NCBI RefSeq assembly: GCF_052425735.1
Contig: NC_135760.1
Coordinates: forward strand, 12,276,001 to 12,340,000
Origin: Oculina patagonica
Lineage: Eukaryota
DNA length: 64,000 nucleotides
Direction: 5' to 3'
The translations under genes were made by a program, and so were the position numbers. The stretch's first letter is position 1. Each line of letters opens with the position of its first letter. Shown in pieces: positions 1 to 13,343 of the stretch. The notes under the pieces were generated by a model, which saw nothing but the letters and a program-made list of their open reading frames with translations, was not told where the DNA came from and searched no databases.

Positions 1-540
1 TGGAATGCGCGCAAGCAAAATATAAATCTCGGGAGAAAAAAATAAATGGAGCTCACATGGATTTTAAGAATGAAGATAACCGTCACAAACATAACCTGCA
101 TATTTCCATAAATGATCTCTTTTATACCATACAAGTGTAATCCAATTGGACGAAATTGGGGAATTTCAAAACTTTTTACTGTCTAGTTCTGCGGCTCAGT
201 TCAAAGGCGAGTATAAGACAGATTCTGCGTCTAGACGAACTAGCTGCTAAGTGTGGATTAAACGACGCACTAAGAGGCAAGCTAAACGTTTACTGTGTCT
301 GAGTTCGTCCTGATTTTACACTAGACAAAAAACAGCAAGCCCATCATTATCTTTCTCTACCGACTAGTGTAAGTATGACAGAAAAATGCGTGCAGTTTCA
401 GTTGCTGAACTTTCAAAACTAAAAAACAAGACTCTAAATTGCTCTAGATAAGTGAATTATTTTCTATTAGCACACCTTTCAGCCGTGATAGGCTTTATAT
501 TTACAGAGAGAGGATAATCCCGAGGAGATTACATACTGAC

Positions 541-1853
541 CTGCCATAAAGCTTTTCCCTCCCGCGCTTTGAGCTTCCGCTCGTCCACTTTCACGTTTTT
601 CAGTTTTTCCAAGAGCGCTAGCGCCGCGTCGGTTTTCCTTTTAAGGGACTCTGGGCTAGGGTCGTAAGGAAAGTATCTGTGAAGAGAAAGTTGTTGATAA
701 ATTACGAAGTAGCGGCTTTGCGAGAAGAGAGGCTATTCGCGTGAGTCATAACAGAGACTTGACAAAGCCGGAAATCGCGCGCGAATAGCTATATGGCGTC
801 CCATTGGCACCTAGTCGCGAATCGCGCGCGCACTATTACGCGAATCTAGCCTGCGTGGCCGGTGTCAAAGGGCCAAGGGGGAGGAGAAGGGGAGCGAGCG
901 CGAAGCGCGCCGGCGCCGCGAAATCTCGGCTCGTAAACAAGGTACATGTAATATAATCTGTCTGAGGCCAGCGGAGGTCATCCTGTTACATCACACTTAA
1001 ACGGAAAGTGCGTTAGGCTCCGCAACTGTGAATCATTTCTCAACGCTTGACTTTCATCCCCTTTATCTGTTTTTACAGAGCTTTATCTTCTTCGCTTCAG
1101 AACTAAGCTTCCTGTTGATTAGAAATGCGATAAAATCCTATTTCTAGAATCCACTGCAGTATTTTATCCTTTCCTTGTCGCGGAAACTGTTCTTATTAAT
1201 CACCTTTAAAACGTCATCAACAGGACGTGCATTGAATTTTGTGCCAGAAAAAATACAACAGTTGACATCAATGTTGATGTTCAGTCTTGTCTTGATATCA
1301 TCAAAGCATAAATGAGTCGACCAAAGAACTGAAATACATCCTATTTGATGTCTGTCATCTTCTTGCTAACAATAGAGCGGTTCAGAATCGATAGGATACT
1401 TTGCGAGGTGAATTACAAATTTCACTCCAGAAGTGATGGGATCAGTTTAACCCTCAAACTAAATAGCGCATGAAAAAAACATCGACCTGACACTTAGTCC
1501 TACCTTGTCTTCACATATTCGACCCTTTTAATTCCTCTTACGTCAGGATTCCACGCCACATTGTTAGGATTGTGAGTAAAATACGCAGTTTTCACTTCTT
1601 CCAGTAACGCAGGCAAACCAACGCGGACAGCCTCAGCGGAGTAACTACAAAGCTGCGACGAAGGAGAAGCGATAATCTTTTCTGTGGAAGGCGTTTGACT
1701 ACATGTTTGTTCTGCAGCATGCAGCTTCACTGCGCCTACAATCACCAACACCACACCAAGTAAGACACAGAGCAAGCCAAGCGCTAATAACACCGTGTTA
1801 CTACAAATGGTTGTGTCCTCTTCACTACGTCTGTTCTGTTGCTTGGGTGCCAT
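541..1853 (-). CDS. N-terminal two exons (1504-1853, 541-676) of a type-II membrane-anchored protein, probably of the cnidarian DUF885-containing family; the gene continues beyond the left edge of the window
   Basis: Exon 1 encodes a hydrophobic anchor (VLLALGLLCVLLGVVLVIVGAV) and ends AG|gtagga. The exon at 541-676 follows a cag acceptor, continues in phase (RYFPYDPSPESLKRKTDAALALLEKLKNVKVDERKLKAREGKALWQ) and ends at a gtcagt donor. The family call rests on remembered similarity of the YxPYDPxP..KxxTD...LK.RE.KAL.Q segment to coral DUF885 proteins. Confidence 0.6.
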
Positions 1854-3785
1854 TGATGATGATATGAGCGGGGTTGATGACTAGCGCTTTGTAGTTGTGT
1901 AGTATAAAAGTGAAACTGACACTATAATTGACAAGGTCATGTCAACAAACGTAACTGACTGTCTATCAGTGTCTAGGCCGTTCACGTGCCGTGATAATGT
2001 GAGATGATTTCTCGCTTGACAAAACAATCAGTGTTCTTCATTGGACGCAAACCAAGTAGTTGGCTTTATGCATATGTGATGTTGACGGCAAATTAATTGC
2101 ACACAAAAAACTCCGTGGAAGCACAAATCAAATCGTGTACAGCGCGCGCGGGAAGAATAAGCTAAGTCGCTCCCCGCGCGCCCCCTCTATTGATAATCCC
2201 CGTGGGAGCCTATGCGGAGCTAAAGAGACACAATCAGCTGTATAACCCTGTGAACCAATGGAATATTTATTTCTCACGGCCGTATAGTCCAGAGGGATAC
2301 TCCTGAAACTGGAGCTTTGAGAGACTATTTAGTTGGAACTTAGCTACAAGGCGTACTATGAACCTGAACTAGACATGATGGTGTTACGTAGTCGCAAAAG
2401 TTAAGAACAAGAGGAGACGGGATGGGACATCACACCCTCTTCGGGTTTTTAGATGGAATACGGGAGTACTGGGAATCTTCCCCGTGCTGGTCCAGTATGA
2501 CGTCAAATTTATGCATGGCATTCATTGTTGTATTAAATGTCTCCTTGTATTAAATGTTGTATTAATCTGCCTAATTAATTCTCTGTTGGCTAAAAGCGTT
2601 CGGATGTTTTAATTATTTAAACGAATGACGGTGACTTTCGCGCAAATTAAACACTTTACATATGTGCAAATATAAATGCGACCATACTCTACAATATAAA
2701 GGGGATATTTGGGGTCACTTTCCGTTCATCGTCTCCTACGGAGAAGACGTATTTTTTGTCATCGTTTTTTTTTAGGTATTTACACTTAAAATTTCCGGTC
2801 TTTCGGTTTTGGTGATCATTGCGATTATTAGTTGGTTCCTTTAAAACATTCGGATTTTGGCAGTTAGGAAAAGAAATAAAACGTCGTTTTATTTTTGGTT
2901 TTGCTGTATACGTTGGTGCGCTGTAGACTTGCATCAACTGTCTACTTGTAATCTCTCCCGCCATAGCTATTTTTTGCGGTTGCCTGTAAGGCTTAAAGGT
3001 TAGCTTCGCGAATGTTCTATTTTGATCAGAATTTTCTGCAGTTTTCGTATTTTTTTTGCTGTTTATCAGCAGTTTTCTGGTATTGTGGAAAAATACGAAA
3101 AGATATATCATGTACATCTATCTCAGGACTTGTTAACGAGGGCCAGTTAGACACCGTCACGTGACTTTAATCCTCCAATCACCAGACTCGACCCCAGTCG
3201 CTTCTCTTGCTTTTGAGCCGCGCACAGGCAACAAGGGAAGGACGCAAGCAGTCCTCCCATCACCCCCGAACGTAGCGAAAAACGAAAAAACTAGTAACGA
3301 CTGGCATGGGTACGAGCTGTCCAATCACGTCATACCTCAGTTGTATGGAAGTGTTCTCAACAAGAGAAAATTAAATTCGTGTCTTCAAACCATCGTGTAA
3401 TCTTGTTTTTGATATATGTTAGACGAAAAAGAAATCAAATGCTGGAAAAGAACAAGCGTGCAAAAGCGGGAAATGGCGTCATCGATATCTCAGTTAGGCC
3501 GTATGAAATGCCTGCACTCCACGAAACAAATAAAGGGTTTTTAATCTAAAGGAAGGGGTCAAAGTACAGAATTATTCCAAGATACCAATCACCCTTGAAA
3601 CATGGTATAAACGAAACGGAATGCGGTATGATAAATTCTTTCGTAGACTTAAACTTGGTCAGTTGTCTGCAGTCGAACAAAACAGAAAATGTTCTCTCCT
3701 TGGCACATTTGCTAGTCCCTGAGAATTGATCGTTTATCCTAGTTAATGTAAACTTCATCGTTGGGCGTGGGTTATCAAATTTGCC

Positions 3786-3935
3786 CTCTAGGGATCGTGT
3801 TAATCAGGTCCATAGCATGCAAATGTTATCTCTAGGGCTCTCTAGGGCTCGTGTTAATCGTCCATAGCATGCAAACGTTATCTCTACGGCTCTCTAGGGC
3901 TCGTGTTAATCGTCCATAGCATGCAAACTTTATCT
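3786..3935. repeat. Tandem repeat, ~52 bp unit x ~3
   Basis: Unit ctctagggctcgtgttaatcgtccatagcatgcaaa..ttatct repeated three times. Confidence 0.85.
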
Positions 3936-4099
3936 TTACATCTCAATCCTGTAGCTGGAAAAAAGTGATAATCGATCGATAATCTGCTGACACTAAACAC
4001 TGGCTGCAGATACTGATTTTCGCATCTATGCTACACGCTTAACATTTTACTGGCGTCCAGTTCCCTATTATTAAAAGCAACGCATTGTAGCGAGCCTCC

Positions 4100-4288
4100 C
4101 ATCCTCGGAGACCCAGGGGCAATTAGTGTTGGCGACGGGCAGCCTATCGGGACGACGGGATTTTCGGGCGAAAGTTTAAAACAAGAGCGTAACAGTTACG
4201 CTCTTGTTTTAAACGTTCGCCCGAAAATCCCGTCGTCCCGATAAGCTGCCCGTCGCCAACACTAATTGCCCCTGGGTCTCCGAGGATG
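4100..4288. mobile_element. Palindromic MITE (189 bp) with 9-bp TSD; 9-bp TSDs fit MULE or AcademH-type elements
   Basis: CATCCTCGGAGACCCAGGGG...CCCCTGGGTCTCCGAGGATG is an almost perfect hairpin, flanked by CGAGCCTCC at 4091-4099 and 4289-4297. Confidence 0.9.
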
Positions 4289-4656
4289 CGAGCCTCCCTG
4301 TTACCTCTTTCTCAGATATACTTCGACAACAAGAGTGAGATCTGGGTACTAGGGTAACGCGATTCGAGCGTTCAGTAATATTAAGCCGGAAGAGAAAAAT
4401 ACAAATAACTAAACCAGTACAGTTAAGAACGATTTATAAATAACTAATCAAGATAAGCAAATGTCACTGATCTACGTGGTGATGCGGCACAAATACGCCC
4501 ACAGAGCAGAGATGCTCACTTGTGGCTAATTGTGTAATCCGTAAAATAATGTAAATGGGTATTCTTCAAGTTCTACAGCAGTTCCATTCTTTTAAAGCTT
4601 CAGGCTTCCGTCATTTGTAACTGAGCTTGCTGACATCAATGTCTTCTTATATATTC

Positions 4657-5030
4657 TAACCCTTTCACTCCCAAGATGAACATAGCAATTCTCCTTACTG
4701 GCTCCAATACATTTCTTTTAACATAAATTCCGAGAATCTGGTCGTTGATCAAGGCAATATCCCATAGTGAAATTTCTTTCGTCTCATCGCCTGTCTACTT
4801 GTAGTCTCCTTCGCAGCCGTTATTTGAGTCGTCACGCCCAACCTCGTTCTCAGGGCTTTTCCCTTGGTAACGAGGTTGGTCACGCGACGTTTCTCTGGGA
4901 GCGTAACGTGACGAGCGGTGCGTGACGATCCAAATAGCGGCTACACGCCTAGGAGATTAATCTACTTGACAATGTATTGGAATTGTAAGGGAAAATTTAA
5001 CGTCAATAATGTTGGGACTTGAAGGATTAC
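4657..5030. mobile_element. Nested MITEs: outer TAACCCTTTCACTCCCAAG-type element, inner ~4802-4959 element, innermost 40-bp mini-element 4839-4878
   Basis: The inner element is flanked by (g/a)tctacttg direct repeats. The innermost CAACCTCGTT...AACGAGGTTG is flanked by gtcacgc repeats. The outer right end (gggacttgaaggatta) is degenerate. Confidence 0.6.
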
Positions 5031-5192
5031 AAGATAATGTCTGACGGTAAAAAGAATGCTTTGTTCTTTCAAGATGCTGAAGATGGCTCCCATCACTTGA
5101 AGTAAAATCTCACAAACATAACCACCAACTGACAGTGAACGAGGATGGCCAAACGTTTGAAAGTATAATGTTTATATATAAGGGAGTATAAA

Positions 5193-8100
5193 TTAAGAGT
5201 CGTCCGTCTTGATCCGTTTGTCAGCTAAATCTCCGTCCGGTATGTCTGTTTCTTGTTGTTTCCTCTTTTTGTTGTTGTGATCTGTTGGGGCGCCGGACTT
5301 GGAGTTAAACAGCACTATGATGGAGGTCATGTTATCACAGCCAGACCCATCACCAGTGGTGTCCGGCGCTAAACAAGAATCCAGCAACTGTAAAGATAAC
5401 GACAGAATATGTTAGAAGAGAGTTTTTTAGAACAGGTGTTGGGTTAGTTTGTTAGAACAGGTGTGGTAATATTCTACAGGAGAAAACATCCTGAAAGCAG
5501 CCGTTCCTAAGCAACATGACGTTATTTTATAAAAAAAAAAGCTTACGTAACCAAAATAGCCTCAGCCAATCATGAGTCCGTAATTGGTAAAATGGACCAA
5601 TCAGAATTGTGAGCAAAAGAATGCAGCCCGCGGCAAGCGTAAAGCGCGGGAAAAGTTACGTAAACCATTGAAATTACCAATATCATCTCGCAAATGGTGT
5701 CAAAGATACCATTCCGCCTCGAGAACAAACAAGATAAACTGCTTTGCACTTTCAAACAGTGATCATTAACTTTTCTTCATTCAAGGTCTGTTCTTATTTC
5801 AGGCTTGCAACATTGTCTACAGTCACAAAATTAAATAACTCGTGACTGACGGATGCATGTTTACCTCTTCACAAATCTTTGTAAGATTGAGTTCGCTGTT
5901 CTTTTTCTGTTCTCGTAGTCTGTCTGCCACAAAATCCACTACTTCTTGACTGCCTTTCACATTCCTTCAAGAAAACAAAGCTTTGCTATAAAAAAGTGAT
6001 CAAAGTTTGCACTTACACACGAAAGAAAAAGGTATTAAAAAACAACGCTAGAATAACACAAACTAACAACGTAAATTATTTTTCTTACCATATTCCATCA
6101 CAAGCGATGACCATGAACTCGTCAGCCCTAAAAAACAAACGTACCGAATCAGTAATACCACACGGCAGAAAAGTTGAACAGAGGTCCAGCACTACTACCA
6201 AAGTAGTTTTTCGCGCCGAAAGCTGGACTGTCAAGGCGGGATTCAATAAACTTCGGCTTCACCAAGATTGTATACTAAGACATAATTTCTAAAACACGTT
6301 TTTCACTTTGCATAGAGCAGTTTTCAATTGAGTGTCGTAAAACCAAAACCAAAGTAATCACCTAGCCAATCACAAAAAACTAAGACAATCTAGTACACCA
6401 ATCAAAACTCGAAGCAAAACATGAGCCGGCACAAAGCGCGGGAAAACGTGCGCGAGCGAGTCATGATTGGTGGTTTTACTCCTGATTGGCTGAGAAAGTG
6501 GCGCGAGATTTTTAAACCAATCACAAAGCGTAGTAATGCAAAACCAATGCAAACGCGAATTACTTTCGACACTCAAGTGAAAACCGATCTATAAGGTACT
6601 TCTAACATTGCTTGCGTGGCAAGTGTTCAATTTCGCGCTTCTAGTTTCCTCCTCTTCCTCCTCTGTGAACACCTGCCACGCAGGCTTCTACTAACATTAC
6701 AATTGAACAGTTCTTTTGTTTATGGCTTACTCTGTTAGTTGTGTTTGTCTAACATCTGGCACTGCGGTGATCTGTTGTTCATGAGCGGATAATTCTGATT
6801 GTAGTTTATAGCTATGATCACCTGAAAGTCAGCACAAGCGTTGGAAAAAAAAATTAACAACTTATTTCGTTGGTTGTCTATGAAGGAACACACAAGTACA
6901 ATAAAATAATAAGTGTGCGCAATAATCGATTGTTTTTACCCACTCTTCAACGATGTGAAGAACAATCCCAGTGAATTACCGGTAGCTGTTAGAGCGAGTG
7001 TCGTAGGTTAAGCCAAAACCAAAGTTATCACTCTGCAGGGCTCGAAACTAACAGTAGCCAACTAGCCAAAGGCTACTAAATTTAGGTTTGGCACCAGGTT
7101 CATCCTACTAGCCATTGGGGACCGGAAAAGCACTGCGATAGAAATCAATATACCTGACTAGTGAAAGATTTGGCGTAATCTGACATGTCACTGGCCAGTA
7201 AACCAGTGAGTTAAAAAATTAGTCTCGAGCGCTGACTCTAGCCGAACAAAAAGGTCAAAGAAGAGTCAGTACAATCAAAACTTACAGCTAATACATGCAG
7301 GCGGCACGAAGCGCTGAAAAAACGCGCGTGAGCGAGTCACAATTTTTTGATTCAGTTGGTGTTACTTTTGATTGGTTGAGAAAGTGGCGTGACGCTGTGA
7401 AATGAAACATGGAAGTAATCCATTAACATACCTAACGCTCTTGATAGGTTTAACCCGCCATTAACCCTTCCTTCACATGTAACCTTTCCGCCCGCTTTGT
7501 GGATTCTATTCAGTTCATGTTCGTCTTCAGGTTTGTGGTCCATGGACATTTCAAGAGCAATACCATTCCTACACAACACACAACGTGAATCGCCTACATT
7601 GCCTACAGTCAGTTGATTGCCGTGTAACAAAGCAACAATCGCTGTGGTTCCACTGTCATATCCAACCTAAAAAATGTGAGATAAAAATCAATAAATTTAA
7701 CATCAATGTACCATGAACCTGTTCAACCAACCATCAACCGCCACCAAGATCTGGTCATAACAAAAATGTTGAAATTTAATGTCACGATCTTGCAGCAATG
7801 TCTACCGCACACTACAAACAGTTAACACCTTTGACTCTCAATTTCTTTTTCCATTTTTGCAGCTTTCTCAAATTTCAGGTATTTGTTCAAAACTTAATAC
7901 AGGACAAGCTCTCTCGTTCTATGAAATACAAAGGTTTATGGTACAAACTTTTATGAACTAAACAGCGGAAAGTATAATTTCTTCAAAAGTAATTGCATAG
8001 AGAATTTTGCAAAATGCCACGAGCTGCATATTTCCACATTTTTCCATACTTCTCTGGTCATTATCACATCCTAATCAGTAACAGTTCCTGACCTCTGTCA

Positions 8101-11100
8101 AGTACTCTTCTACAAACCAAACGATTATTATTTTTGGTTTCCTCTGTGATTTATGTGCATTTTTGGAGCTAGATAACAGTACCCTTTGTAATGCATGCAA
8201 AATAATGGTTACTTTAATACTACCCACCTCATCTGAGCTTTGAAATCCTTCATTTTCAATGCCATCTTGTTCATCGTCATCATCATCGTCATCATCATCA
8301 TCATCGTCGTCGTCGTCCTCATCATCCTCATCATCTTCTTCCTCATCCTCGTCACTATTATCATCTTTAACATCAGCAATCTTCTCATCATCTTTATTAT
8401 TTTCTTCCACCTTTCCTGCTTGACTGGTCTCTGCCTCTTCTCTTTGTGGTTTTTCATCTTTCGTGTTGTCGCTCTCTGATTCTCCATCCTTCTTCTCCTT
8501 ATTATCATTTGTTCTCTCATTTGTGGAGTTCATGTTAGACATAGAACTTCCCTCTCCATTTTCAGAACCATTTTCCTTAACCTTCTCTTCTTTGCCGTTC
8601 TTTGTACCTAAAAAAATAATGAGTTCATTTGACAACTTAGCATGTGAATGCAGAAATATTTCCAGCTGTCGTTTCTCGGAATACGTCTGCATTCGCAGGC
8701 TATTGACAACTGGGATATTACCGTAAACATATTGGACTGTTCCTTAAAAAAGTGCTTTAAAATGTGAAGGCAGGGGTCATTATTAAAGCTTGTGATGGAG
8801 CAGAGAATGTTGTGGTAAAATGACCGTTAAATTTTTTTGCAATATTAATATATTGTATGAAAGGGGTCTGGAACCGAGACTGTGACAATTGATCTAACAG
8901 CAGTAACTTAATATTTCCATTTTGGTTAATAAAGTAACAACCTCTCACTGCCGACATTGGCATTTAAAGAAGGTTGTAGTTCATTAATGTATAAGGTCTC
9001 TTTAATCTTGCAGTGGAGGTCAGTTTTGCCTGACGCGAGGATTAATATCCTTGATGTTATGGCCTGTGTTTTTGATCAGCATAGCTGATTGATGGTCGAT
9101 TAGTGAGGGCCGTGTTCAGTTCCATGCACCGTTGTTTCCCGTAACATTGTCACAGTCCCAGCGAGGATGACCTAGTTACGATGTGTATAGCAGCGACGTC
9201 AAGTTTTGCGATTCATAATGTTTATCACCGCTGTTTGTGTTATATTTTTAATCAAGCTAGGAGTATTTCTACTCCCCCCTGGATGGGATGCTAGTTCAAC
9301 GCATGGTTACCCCCAGCAGTAAATTCATCGGTTGCCATTTTTAACCTGGGTAAAGAGAGGCACTATGAGAGTAAAGTGTTTTGTCTTAGAACACAATGCA
9401 GTGCCCCGGCCAGGTCTCAAACCCAGACTGCTCGATCAGGAGTCCAGCACACTAACCATTAGGTTACCGCCCCTCCCACACTGTATGTATATGTCCACTA
9501 TATTTCATAGAATTTGTTCTTTAGCTTTCCATTCTTTCAGGTGGGCTCCACAGTAATATTTACCATTTTTATTTTGTTTATCAGCACTTTGTTCTTTATC
9601 TTTATTTTTCTTGTCATTATCATCATCATCATCATCATCTTCTTCTTCTGACCAGTACTCCACACCCTCTTCATCACCTCCTGCTAACGCCTTCTTCATC
9701 TGCAAGTATTGTAAAAAATATCACGTGTGTCAGAGAAAAGAGAGTTTCTTCCCATTTACTATCATACAGTAATGACAGAAAAACAGTGATATAATTTTAA
9801 TTCTTAGTAACAGCTACAATAAAAAAAATGAAATGCAGATGTGATGTATGTAAAGGCCATATTTTCACTATGTATCAGGCTCTAAAGACAAACTTTGAAC
9901 CTTTTCTTGGGTGAAAACAACTTGGGATGCTTATGAATTGCAAACTGAGCTGCGTGGAGAATCAAGAATGCTGAGCAAGTGTGGCATTTTCATGTTCGAT
10001 AACATCTACACTTCCTGTTACAGAGATGTAGATTAAAGCCAGGAGCTGGGTAAAATAACCCCATCTGTTGCACAGATTTTACTACCTACAAAGTCTGGGA
10101 AATGGGGAAATTGGGAAAGTTTTGAAGCCCTTTTCATGACTTGTACCCACCTATAGCAAAGAAATTTCCACCAGTTTCAAATCATAGCTACGTCCCTGCC
10201 TGTTAACAACAGAGAATTTCAATCAGGTTTACAAACCTCTTTCATCTTAGCTAACAGTTCATGTAGCGGCATTGTAGCCTCTTGCTCTAACAACCCCAGA
10301 TCTTCTTCCTCATCTTGATCCTTGTCAACTCCTGCTATTTCCTTCAACTCTGCAAGACCCTGGAAAACAGGAAAAAAAACATTGGCTTTACAATGTTTTG
10401 AGGGCAAAAAAGTCCTGTTGAAAATGGCCATAAAAGGAAGGTTTTTACATGTGCCAAAGAATCATAAAATGTAATTAAGGAATTTAAGTGGCCCAGTTGT
10501 TGATTTTAAATACCACTAATAACTAGTGATAATTATTTTGATAATGTTTATATAAACACTCATCAGCAGGTATATCTGAGCACCAGCCAAGATCACCTCA
10601 AAGACATTGCCACGGAGGCTGCCATGATCGTTATTCAATGTCTTGAATAAAGGAAAGAAAAGGAAATCTGAATGGCTCTACTCCACATTTATTTTTAGGT
10701 TGAGTGGGATAATAAATAATTCATCCCTTAAAAATTAAGTAAATAATGATGATGATGATGACGATGATAATGATAAGACTTTATTAATCACTGCAAAAAA
10801 TTACTTTTCAGAAATAACCAAGTAAAGGTTCCCTTACTTGTTGTCACATGATATATTATTTCCTTAAAAGTAAGAAGAAAGAACTCTGTGGTAAATCAAG
10901 ACAAGATCTGTGATCTTGGGGAGCGGGGATTGTGCAGTGGTGAGAGCGCTCGCTTCCCACCAATGTGGCCCGGGTTTGATTCCCAGACCTGGCGTCATAT
11001 GTGGGTTGAGTTTGTTGTTGGTTCTAGTCCTTGCTCCGAGGGTCTTTTTATTTTTTTATTTTGAAAATTAATTATTTTTGTCATGTATCCGCTTGATAAT

Positions 11101-13343
11101 GTATTGTTATTGTAAGGAGAAAATTGCCATTCATCATCACCAACCTCGTCACTGATGATAATCTGGTCCACTTCTAAGAATGAGTCAACCATTGACTGTT
11201 TGAATTCTCCTTTCTTGTAACTCTCTGTGTTCTTCAGTACTCCTGGGAGGTGATTTGCTACATACTTGGCTACTTCTGAACCTGAGTCAGCAATGCAATA
11301 AGTGATTTTAAGCATTAATTGAGGTTAGGTAAAGTCTGCTTCGAGCCTAGTGGCCCATACAGGCCGGAGCTTATCCCGGTTTCCGTAGCATTAAGCGACT
11401 AGGAGTATTGCTACTCCCCCCTGGATGGGAGGCTAGTCCATGCAGGGTTACCCCCCAGCAGTTAATTCGCTCGGTACCCATTTATACACCTGGGTGGAGA
11501 GAGGCACTGTGAGAGTAAAGTGTCTTGCCCAAGAACACAAAGCAGCGCCCCGGCCAGGCCTCGAACCCGGGCCGTTCGACTCGGAGGCAAGCACGCTAAC
11601 GTAAATGTATTACCATTGGTCCTGTTGGTTTAGGTCACAGATTCAAAATAGTGATAATGTGATGATCATTTCGCAGCTTTCCAATTCTCCACCATAAAAC
11701 ATTTTAAATTGTAAGACAGCAATGAAAAAAACACAGCAACCAGCTACCCTAAGCGCTACAATATCACAGATTGCGGCCCGGTACAGGTTGCCAAAACCAC
11801 TGTGTAGCTCCTTTAATGATAATTTAACTGAAAAAAAAATGTGTCGTCAGCAGTTAGGACGTTATTAGCCAGGGTCAGGTTTCGTTGTTTCTTGGCCATA
11901 TAACTGTGTGGTGAATTGTGCTGATGTTTAGTAGCAGCAAAAGGAAAAATCACATAAGTGCCACTAATAGACGCTTTGTCACTTTACCTCCATGACCATC
12001 ATAAACTGCAAACAGTGTGGCACTGTCATCGAAATCCAGCATACATGTATGTGCATCCTGTAAAAAATGAATCAAAGTTAACACTAAGTCCGTATGATAA
12101 TTATTTTAATGACAGCAGAAATTTTACACCTTGTTTGAGGACCTGACTGAGTAACACCTGTCAAGCAATAGCGCTTGAAAAGACCATTTAGAATGAATTA
12201 CCAACGCACATAAGTTTTGGCAACAATGTCAGAGCAGTGTGATTGGAATTCCTGCTTATAACCGAGAAACCTCCTCCCCCCTCTAACAAGGCATTCTGCT
12301 ATAAGAGTGTTGATCTTGATTGTCAACTTATACATGTACAAGATCTCTAAACACATTATGCCGTCTAAATAGAGCAGGAAATGAAACAATTTTGTCCAAT
12401 TCAAACAGGGTAAGGATTTCAGTGACCCAACAATACTGACAAACGAAAACATCTGTTCTGCACATCCACCAGGCGGTATTGAATTACACTGCCTGATACA
12501 AACACTTTAACAAATTTAGAGAAAATTAACTCAAGAAACTGAGTCACAGGCAAAGGTTTACACAGTGACCATTCTCAAGTTAATTTCATTAAGGAAGAAT
12601 ATAAAGTTACATCATAACCATGTTGGTATAGCCACATGATAAATAACTAGTCATCTAATCTGGGTACATATTGTTAAAACAAAACTTTCTAGCTCTGGAT
12701 GGTACTGTATAATATTAGCTAATGTAGGATTTCATGCATGCAAAGAATGTACTCGAAGTTTTACAGTACTGTTGCTAAGCACTGCTGTAAAGATGTCGAA
12801 CTCGAATTAAATATAATCTAGTTAGCTATAACCTGTTTTTCTCTCAATTTTTCTTGATCACAGAGTAGAAAATGCTTGGTTTTATTTTTTGAACTCCAAG
12901 CTGTAGAAGGTATATTTGAAAACATCTGCCACGGCCCACAATTAACTGGTACAACCCTTAGCCGTGTCATATAAATAAACAAAACTGCTTGTGCGGCAGA
13001 AAAAAAATCATCGAAATGGACTTTGTCAATTTTGTTTCGCCAGTCATTACGTGCGTACTGGTCGATCCACAAGTTAACGTTGAACAACCGCAATGAAATT
13101 TCACGAGATGTTGAGTATTGAAGCCAATTAGACGAAGAGTTGGTGTCAATGATGAATAAAAGATAACTAAAATCAATATTTCGCTTTATATACAAGGTGG
13201 AACAACTTTAATAATTTGCGGTTCAAACTCACCTCCATCGTGACTCGCCATCCCTGCATACAAGACACGCCATAGCTTACTTTTCCGTTTTCGTTGCTAT
13301 CAGAGATCTTCTCCGTTTTCGGTTTCGGCAAGTACGCTCCCAT
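5193..13343 (-). CDS. PPM1G: Protein phosphatase 1G (PP2C-gamma); about 11 coding exons (13233-13343, 11988-12057, 11145-11281, ~10237-10359, ~9564-9699, ~8228-8607, ~7432-7666, ~6731-6821, ~6089-6127, ~5865-5964, 5193-5387)
   Basis: MGAYLPKP N-terminus and PP2C motifs [44 protein letters not shown] and GCDNMT. It has the long internal acidic insert and the C-terminal basic NLS-like KKRK that characterise PPM1G. Exon phases are consistent. Confidence 0.95.
6314..6590. mobile_element. MITE-like interspersed repeat in a PPM1G intron
   Basis: Inverted termini agagcagttttca...tgaaaaccgatct and internal CCAATCA/TGATTGG arrays; related fragments near 5560-5680, 7000-7400, 36340-36445, 39485-39720 and 44760-44970. 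Confidence 0.7.
7037..7233. mobile_element. Small non-autonomous DNA transposon (CAG termini, hAT-like) inserted into an older repeat
   Basis: Termini cagggctcgaaactaa / ttagtctcgagcgctg, flanked by actctg / actcta. Confidence 0.5.
8272..8352 (-). repeat. Coding (GAT/GAC/GAG)n low-complexity tract encoding the poly-Asp/Glu stretch of PPM1G
   Basis: (tca/tcg)n on the + strand, translated as [20 protein letters not shown]. Confidence 0.85.
9255..9478 (-). mobile_element. tRNA-derived SINE, same family as 11325-11600
   Basis: Shared core ctaggagtatt.ctactccccc.ctggatggga...gagaggcact.tgagagtaaagtgt...; the tRNA-like head is on the minus strand. Confidence 0.8.
10918..11050 (+). mobile_element. 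tRNA-derived SINE (second family)
   Basis: A-box-like gtgcagtggtgagagc and B-box-like gggtttgattccc, followed by a non-tRNA body. Confidence 0.75.
11325..11600 (-). mobile_element. tRNA-derived SINE, younger copy
   Basis: The minus strand reads gttagcgtgcttgcctccgagtcgaacggcccgggttcgaggcct... (A/B-box-like), and the body is shared with 9255-9478. Confidence 0.85.

Noticed and set aside
2689-3117. 142-aa ORF
   Set aside because: No recognisable domain or splice context; probably part of an unclassified repeat
8209-8726. Hydrophobic or Met-rich ORFs overlapping the PPM1G acidic exon
   Set aside because: They are alternative-frame and antisense readings of the (GAT)n tract
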